Assembly (NCBI GenBank): GCA_002633005.1
Contig: NMRA01001272.1
Span: 1-32,082, forward strand
Reading direction: 5' to 3'
Length of the DNA stretch: 32,082 nucleotides
DNA from: Phoronis australis
Taxonomy: Eukaryota > Animalia > Phoronida
Made by a program: the position numbers and the translations under genes
The notes under the pieces: model-generated
Seen by the model: only the letters and a program-made list of their open reading frames with translations
Told to the model about the DNA's origin: nothing
Databases searched by the model: none
Part shown: positions 25,342-32,082 of the stretch, piece by piece
How positions within the stretch are numbered: position 1 is the stretch's first letter
Layout: each line of letters starts with the position of its first letter

Positions 25342-25959
25342 GATAAATTATTTCTAACATGAGTTTGGAACAAGATTAGCACAATTTCATAGCAGTACAG
25401 TAAACTCTGTTCGATTTCAGACATAATATGGCAGACAAGGGAATTTTTTTTCCTGAGCACATTTTGGCATTGAATTCAATGACTTTCCATGCTCAAATTT
25501 TGTATTACAGCTACCATCAGACAAAGTTTTGCAGAAACTGTTAGAATTCACTGCAACATGAAAAGCCAATGGAAAATGATAAAAACTATTCTGGCAATAG
25601 TTTTTGTCCTACATTTGTGAGATCATACCCCATTAAAATGGGTTTTTGACTGAGGATGGGGTTCTATTGCACATTTAGTTAATACGGTGAAATCTCAACA
25701 GTTACACTTGTTTCCTCCAACAACAGTAAGTGCAGATATCTGTCTTCAAAAATCTTCAAGTTCGGACACTGTAGTTGCAAAATGTGGAAGTGACTTCCGT
25801 AAACTTCTACATGAATAATACTTTGCTTCAGTTGTTTTCGTTCGCTAGTTTTGTATGGTACAGCTGTCACCAAATTGGCATTTTAGTATTAGTAGACGAT
25901 TTACCGATAACAAATTGTGACTACCATGTTATTTCTCATACATGTACATGTATTTACAG

Positions 25960-26101
25960 CACTGGGTTTCTGTATGATAAAAAGATGTCTGACTACAGAT
26001 GTCTCTGGAACCCAGCCTTCCCAGAATGCCCTGAACGACTTCTCCATTCATATGACAGATGTGTGGAATATGGACTGGTGGAGCGATGTGTCCAGATACA
26101 G
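25960..26101 (+). CDS. HDAC6: HDAC6 coding exon 3 (start of catalytic domain 1)
   Basis: TGFLYDKKMSDYRCLWNPAFPECPERLLHSYDRCVEYGLVERCVQIQ; class II HDAC PECPERL motif; AG/GT, phase 2-0. Confidence 0.93.
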
Positions 26102-26163
26102 GTGTGTTTATCCTGATGTTCACTAGTGACCTTCATTTAAAACTCATATTGTAAATTAGGTAA

Positions 26164-27364
26164 ATATAGAGTGTTACAAGGCGAAGTCGTTATCCCCCGT
26201 TATCTAGAGCCCGAATGGATTTTGGAGAATTATTGCCTGAGGTAATAGTTCTACAAAATCCACAAGGGCTCTAGACAAGGGGTACAACGGCTGAGAACAT
26301 GTAACAATCTATTTATACCAAATACTAAACGATAAACTTTGCAATGAATCGATTTACCTTTCTCGACTCACCTCAGCTTTGTAACTACTTTCTATGTCAG
26401 AGGCCCTGGTTGGAGGTCGTAACCTTTTAAGAAAAGCTGAGCTATTTTTGTCAAATAATGCTTTTATTCAAAACCAATCGAAAATTTAAACAAAATATAA
26501 TTAATAAAATGAATTTATAAATTAAGGTTACCAACTATTATAGCTTAAAACACATTTTATCACGCTAAGCTTCGACCGGGAAGCGATCTTCTGCTGAAGT
26601 ACGGGTTACCACTGGTAACTGAGAATAGTTCTTAAGTCAAAGGTGATTTACGAGTGAAAGAACATGAGAGAAAAATTTCACTGAATTAAAATACAGTTTT
26701 TATGGAAATTATTTGTCTTATTTTTCATAGCGTATAAATGTCGGTACAATGACCTTTATTGAACATGCGATTATTGCGCGTGCTCATTTAAGTATTCTAT
26801 TTTCACGCTTGATGACGTCAGCCGCTGAGTGGTGTAGTGGTAAAGTCGGCGACCGAAACTCTTGAGACCCGGGTTCGAAACCCGGCCTCGGTTTCCCGCC
26901 AAAATTTTATCTCACTAGTGAGATAACTTTATGGTTTATTTATACGTTACATTAAATCAACTTTTACCGAAGGAAGAAATACAATGATTCACCACAACGT
27001 TATACTCAAAGACGCCACTGTTACGGGGCAGAAGCGCTTTTTGAGTTTTTTCACGCTTGTTAATACTTTCTTAGAATTTTAGACAGATCTTCTGAGGACA
27101 GAGTGGGGTTTATCACTAGTTTCTGTTATTAAATACTTCTCTATAAGGTCTGAAAGGGCAGTGGCTATAAAATACCTGTGGGGCGGGACAGACTCTGGCT
27201 TGTTAGCACAAGTCACTATTCATATTCTGATGTCCATTGTAATGTCCACTTGAAGCTATTTGCTGGCTAGTTATTGATATGGAAATGTTCATGCGGGCTC
27301 TCTTGAGACCACATGGTTTGAGTCGGTCTCCGGTTTGTGAAGTGTGGCTATATCGTTGGTATAA
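26164..27364. mobile_element. Hairpin-ended non-autonomous element in an HDAC6 intron
   Basis: Imperfect palindrome of ~150 bp at 26166-26312 (ATAGAGTGTTACA..TCTAGAGCCC..TGGATTTTG / CAAAATCCA..GGGCTCTAGA..TGTAACAATCTAT), then TTATACCAA (26313-26321) matched by TTGGTATAA (27356-27364). Confidence 0.55.
26824..26892 (+). pseudogene. tRNA-like sequence (tRNA pseudogene or SINE head)
   Basis: A box TGGTGTAGTGG, T arm CCGGG-TTCGAAA-CCCGG, weak acceptor stem GCTGAG/CTCGGT; no convincing anticodon arm. Confidence 0.6.
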
Positions 27365-27851
27365 GTACAATTGTATATAATTTAACTGTAGTTGCTCGTC
27401 TTATTTTTTATTTGTGAATCGCGAACCCGTGACAGCTGCAAACATGAATTATTTCAAAATCCGCGACATTTTGAGTACAAAACTGGCAGATCTGGCTTCC
27501 TTCCATGTCTTACTTAATGGAAGTAATAATGTATGAGACAGTTATAGACTTTCACGATTGGTCGATTTGTTGCTTTTCAGACCCCAAACTGTGATAATGA
27601 CCTCGCCTCTGCCATTGATCGTAATGCCTTGATATCATTTAATCAATTACCTTCGTTTTGTATTGATAATCGCATTTATTGGCTTGAATGTTCTATTTGT
27701 TCATTAGATTAAGTTCTTAAATCACTTTAAATCTCTTTTATTCTTTTGAAAAGTCATTACACTCTTGAGAAAGAAAAATTGCTTGAATAGTAGTTTCCAT
27801 GTACCACCAGAGGTGTCTTTACTCAACGTTGTCACTTAATATTATTTCCAG

Positions 27852-27989
27852 ATTGAAGCTGTGTGCGAGGACAAGCTGTTAGCACTTCATACGCCAGAGC
27901 ACATTGAACTCATGAAACGAACGCAAGCTATGAATTATGAAGAGCTGCAAGATGCATCTTCAAAATATGATTCTATATTCCTTCATAAT
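27852..27989 (+). CDS. HDAC6: HDAC6 coding exon 4
   Basis: IEAVCEDKLLALHTPEHIELMKRTQAMNYEELQDASSKYDSIFLHN; AG/GT, phase 0-0. Confidence 0.92.
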
Positions 27990-28319
27990 GTAAATATTCC
28001 TTACCATTAAGTTTATGTGCTTGATGTAAAATTCCAGGAACTCATGAGAGATTTCACTGCAGTTCACATTTATAATGTCGACTACATGTTATCAAGTAAT
28101 CGAACCCCTTGGGTTGTTCTACATGCAGTTATTTTCCAAAAGGATTTGCCTAGTTTCCACATAACGCTCTTAAAGAACTGATGAATTGAGAAACAAACCT
28201 TGTTGTGTTCACTAATTTAAAAATGGACTGCTTTTTTGACAGTCAGTACTTCCTTACTGTTGTCGGTATCATCGTTTGCGAATTTCCGTCTCACGGTCTT
28301 TTTATTTCAATTCCTACAG

Positions 28320-28417
28320 AACTCGTATGATGCCGCCCTTCTGGCTGCAGGGGGCGCTGTGCAGCTTGCTGAACAAGTAGTCAGTGGACATTTAAAAAAT
28401 GGCTTGGCTTTGGTCAG
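28320..28417 (+). CDS. HDAC6: HDAC6 coding exon 5
   Basis: NSYDAALLAAGGAVQLAEQVVSGHLKNGLALV(R); phase 0-2. Confidence 0.95.
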
Positions 28418-28694
28418 GTAATAAATACGCTTCTATCTTGATCATGGCTATTCTTCAGTTGTTTCACTAACCAACCCACAGGTATTGCACAACATGACGC
28501 ATTATAGACAGAATTCTGTTGACATGAGTCAAGCAAACAGCAGAGGTAACTTTTACCATGAGAAGATTCTTGATCCAGCTACATTCCATGTCAAATATCC
28601 TCACCTATAATTGGTGCTTGAAGAATTAGTTTTTGGCAGTTTTAGTGATAGAAATAATATGCTGCCCAGTAATAAACATACCTTTTGTTTTCAG

Positions 28695-28796
28695 ACCTCC
28701 TGGCCATCATGCTAATTCTGAACTGTGTGGTTACAGTTATTTTAATAATGTTGCAATCGCTGCCAAGCATGTATTGGACAACATGGGTTTAGAACG
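28695..28796 (+). CDS. HDAC6: HDAC6 coding exon 6 (catalytic His dyad)
   Basis: (R)PPGHHANSELCGYSYFNNVAIAAKHVLDNMGLE(R); phase 2-2. Confidence 0.96.
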
Positions 28797-28861
28797 GTAG
28801 GCCTTGTCTTTTCTCTTTGTCGTGTCTTGTCTTGTATAGTAAACAGCATTATAGCTTACGT

Positions 28862-29178
28862 CACATCTCATTCATGGCATGTTCATAACTGTTGCCCACA
28901 TCTCATTTATGGTGTGTTCATGACTGTTGCCCACATCTCATTCATGGTGTGTTCATGACTGTTGCCCGTATCTCGTTCATAGTACGTTCATGATTGTGGC
29001 ACACATCTCATTCACGGTCTGTTCATGACTGTTCCACACATCTCATTCATGGTGTGTTCATGACTGTTACACACATCTCATTTATGGTGTGTTCATGACT
29101 GTCGCACAAAATCTTATTCACGGTGTGTTCATGACTGTTGCTCACATCTCACTGATGCTGTTTTCACGACTATTGCAC
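28862..29178 (+). repeat. 35-bp minisatellite, ~9 diverged copies
   Basis: Consensus CACATCTCATTCATGGTGTGTTCATGACTGTTGCC. Confidence 0.95.
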
Positions 29179-29394
29179 CCAAATTACACTACTGAGACAG
29201 TTTTATTTTATATGTGCACAGTCAAATTAATCATGTCTCATAAACACACGTTAACTCCTACATGTAGTTTCCTTAATATGTGAAGAATATTCAATTTGGA
29301 AGAAAGTGAATAAAGCTTGTTTATTTGAAGGAAATAACAACCAGTGCCCAGTATTCTGTTCAACCAATAGTGACTCCTCGTGATTCTATTTCAG

Positions 29395-29463
29395 TGTATT
29401 GATCATAGACTGGGATGTTCATCATGGCCAGGCCACTCAACAGATGTTTTACGATGACCCAAG
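29395..29463 (+). CDS. HDAC6: HDAC6 coding exon 7 (Zn ligands, DWDVHHG), ending in a GC donor
   Basis: (R)[22 protein letters not shown](R); donor AAG|GCAAGT; phase 2-2. Confidence 0.95.
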
Positions 29464-29713
29464 GCAAGTCTTGATTAAGTAGTTTTTGATGTCAAGAGCC
29501 CATTTTTGCTTCAATGGTATACTCTTTGTGAACTAATTACAGGAACTGTTCTTTGTCTCCTGCTCAAGATAATCTGGTTGTTTGTTACAAACTTTTTTCA
29601 TCATTTTGTTTGCTTTCAACTTTGTGACCCAAACTAATTGAGACTATATTCAGCAAGAGTTTTAAGGATTGCACTGCACATGATTTTAGTGTACAGTTGT
29701 TATTTTATTACAG

Positions 29714-29840
29714 GGTTCTTTATTTTTCCATTCATCGTTTTGAATATGGGTTTTACTGGCCAAATCTTCGTGAGTCCGACTACGACTACATTGGCGAGGG
29801 AAAAGGTCGTGGCTTTAACATCAATGTTCCTCTTAACACT
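29714..29840 (+). CDS. HDAC6: HDAC6 coding exon 8
   Basis: (R)VLYFSIHRFEYGFYWPNLRESDYDYIGEGKGRGFNINVPLNT; phase 2-0. Confidence 0.96.
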
Positions 29841-29876
29841 GTGAGTAAAGAACAGTTATCTACAGCTTGTCATTGT

Positions 29877-30024
29877 AAACGACTTATTTTTAATATTTCA
29901 CATATAAGCAAAAATGCAATTTCAGGCCTCAAAAGTGGGGCACTATATTAAAATGGGAGGCACCATTTTTGAAGCTCGAAATTGAATTTTTGCCTATGTC
30001 GTTTTAATAACAATAAGTTGGTTT
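29877..30024. repeat. Imperfect palindrome (hairpin element remnant)
   Basis: ATAAGCAAAAATGCAATTTCAGGCCTCAAAAGTGG versus CCATTTTTGAAGCTCGAAATTGAATTTTTGCCTAT; core 29904-29997. Confidence 0.8.
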
Positions 30025-30640
30025 AAATGAAAAAAAATATGGTAATGTACACGTTTATTGGCCCCTGCCTCAGTTTCCTACTAAATGTGTTTTTTGGAGT
30101 CATTAGTACATGACTATTCAATTTGATTCGGGTGTAGTGTGTTCTTGAGCTATACTTGTTGGAGCACACAGCTATCCCTTGTGTGTATATGAATAAACTT
30201 GTGGATCACTGAGCGGACTCTACTGTGTTTCATGACTGTTTGAACTTGTTGAATACTTTAAAATATTTATTCAATTTCTGTTTTCCAGTCTCAGTTAACA
30301 CTTGTTTGTTATTTGTTGAACAATGTTTTTTGTAAATGTAACTACTATAAAAAGCAACATGTTTAATATACTCGAAAACATTAGGAAAGTTACATTTAAT
30401 TGTTGCTAAATCTATTTTACATAATACAAATGATGGTATGTGATCACTTTTGAGGGAGTTGCATAATATTTGGTGCTTCTGTGGCAGTGGTGAAGAACTA
30501 GACCATTCATTGGCTGTTATGTTTCTGATGTCATTGTTTTACGATGTCTTTCATATTTGTGATGTCATTGGTTTGTGTGGACTGGTTAATGGTTGTTCAT
30601 TTGACTCCTAAATTGGTGATGTCATGGATTTTTGTTACAG

Positions 30641-30706
30641 ACTGGGTTGGGTAACAGTGACTATATGGCAATATTCCAACAACTGTTGATGCCTGTCGCC
30701 TACGAG
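30641..30706 (+). CDS. HDAC6: HDAC6 coding exon 9
   Basis: TGLGNSDYMAIFQQLLMPVAYE; ttacag| acceptor and |gtaagt donor; phase 0-0. Confidence 0.95.
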
Positions 30707-30940
30707 GTAAGTATTACATGATATTCTTCATCCTGTCTTTCATTTGAGAGGAAATTTCCACTGTTATATTGATTCAAGGAGACTTGAAGTTAAATATTTC
30801 TTATGCTCTGGAGACCTGCACCAATTGAAATAGTTTTTATTTTTAAGGAACACAATTTGTTCCGTTTGCAGTCAAAGTTGGTAGTTCAAGTACAAATTAA
30901 TTACATTTCTTTGGTTACCATTTCTTGAATATTTTTCCAG

Positions 30941-31000
30941 TTTGCACCACAGATAGTTTTAGTGTCTGCCGGGTACGATGGCGCTGTTGGATGTCCCGAG
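30941..31000 (+). CDS. HDAC6: HDAC6 coding exon 10A (alternative; Glu gatekeeper)
   Basis: FAPQIVLVSAGYDGAVGCPE; tttttccag| acceptor and |gtattt donor; 60 nt, phase 0-0. Confidence 0.92.
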
Positions 31001-31027
31001 GTATTTGAATGTCTGCTGTGTTGTCAT

Positions 31028-31493
31028 GAGGGGAACAGGGAGCATTTACATGGTCACAGTTTTTGACAAATGTAAAACAGAACTTTCTGCTGAATATCGT
31101 TTTTGCTGCTAAAATGTGAATGTTTAAGAAATTGTACTCTGTTACTCAGACGCTTGTTAGAGAAGTTGAGGTCCAGACATTCTAATTTCTGCATTTCACT
31201 GTCCGACTGATTTTCCTATTGTTTGCCACTCAGTAAATGCAGAGCCTGACACAGTGGGTGCACTGAAATGTCTGGAATTGACCTCTATCAGTGCGCAAGC
31301 GATTATGTAGTGAACTAGTTGACCTTCCACACAGCCAGTTTGCACACACCAGTGTGTCTAATTGTCTCTGAGAATGTATAACATTCCAAATTTATTGCTT
31401 CCTGAACCACCAAGTTAATTCAGTGCCCTCATTACCTTGTTGTCCGACCTTTGACCTCACCATGTGACCATGTCTATGTCCTCTGTTCTCGTC
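31028..31493 (+). promoter_or_regulatory. Intronic long-range RNA duplex (31028-31058 with 31463-31493) enclosing a hairpin (31151-31301)
   Basis: Gapless 31-position pairing with 24 Watson-Crick and 3 G-U pairs; regulatory role inferred from its position. Confidence 0.7.
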
Positions 31494-31554
31494 GCATTCT
31501 TTCTTATTAGCAGTAGTTTGTTACTCGTAACGAAAACTTTGTTGTTCTGTTCAG

Positions 31555-31614
31555 TTTCAGCCTCAAGTGGTTCTTGTGTCTGCTGGCTTTGATTCAGCAA
31601 TTGGCTGCCATAAA
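31555..31614 (+). CDS. HDAC6: HDAC6 coding exon 10B (alternative; Lys gatekeeper)
   Basis: FQPQVVLVSAGFDSAIGCHK; ttctgttcag| acceptor and |gtaaat donor; 60 nt, phase 0-0. No further exon recognised before the window ends. Confidence 0.9.
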
Positions 31615-32082
31615 GTAAATATTTTCTTATTTACTTTTTATGATAAATTTCTTTTTTTCTCCTTTTCATCAACTTTGTTGTATTAACATTTAGTTAGTCC
31701 ATTGTCCTTACACTGTGACATCAAGTCTGAAAAGACCTCTCTCGTCACGGCAACTAGCTTTTCCTACCTGGTCATTTCTGGAGTGGTAAATTACCTTGGG
31801 ATCTGTAGATTTTGGCAAACAGGGCATGCAAATGTAAAAGTTTTTGCCGTGTGGTGCCTTCTTACTGTTAGTCAGCACCCATGTCAGCTTTCGATTCATG
31901 AACTTTTGAAACAGGAGTTTAAGGTGATTTGTTATTTGTACCTGTACATGACTGACAGATATTTAGTAAATTATTATCTTTAGTTATAAAGACAATTCCT
32001 ATATCAGTTGCTACAGAGGTTAATTTTTTTGGAAATAATGTTTGTTGTCAAAATGGACCTTACACAGTTTAGTTCACTGATC

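Noticed and set aside
26824-26892. Functional tRNA gene
   Set aside because: D and anticodon arms do not pair convincingly; treated as a pseudogene or SINE head.
24554-31614. Calling the gene HDAC10
   Set aside because: It has the basic N-terminal extension of HDAC6 and lacks the PEACE insertion. CD2 and the ZnF-UBP domain lie outside the window, so the HDAC6 call is not fully confirmed.
31555-31614. Exon B as the matching exon of CD2, or as a dead duplicate
   Set aside because: It is only 554 nt from exon A with no room for the intervening domain, lacks the CD2 GDPL motif, and its synonymous-biased divergence with intact splice sites argues against decay.
31615-32082. Third alternative exon or next constitutive exon
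   Set aside because: No SAG[FY]D- or GEM-like reading with splice sites found; CAG|GGCATGCAAATGTAA hits a stop.

Overview
AT-rich, intron-containing animal DNA, most likely from an invertebrate (species not identifiable), with a 706-N gap (11149-11854) and a single N at 9956. Two genes are recognisable. (1) A TRIM-NHL E3 ligase (RING-Bbox-coiled coil-NHL, 597 aa, coding region uninterrupted) on the minus strand, followed by a truncated second copy. (2) The 5' part of an HDAC6-type class IIb deacetylase on the plus strand; I reconstructed its coding exons by hand with consistent phases, and the gene runs off the window. The main finding is at the end of HDAC catalytic domain 1. Two tandem 60-nt paralogous exons (30941-31000 and 31555-31614) look mutually exclusive and differ at the substrate gatekeeper position: Glu, as in the polyamine deacetylase HDAC10, versus Lys, as in HDAC6 CD1. 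The intron between them contains a 31-nt long-range RNA duplex and a nested hairpin that could control the choice. The rest is MITE/foldback elements, minisatellites, old local duplications and several IRF/ISRE-like motifs. All coordinates and counts were done by eye.
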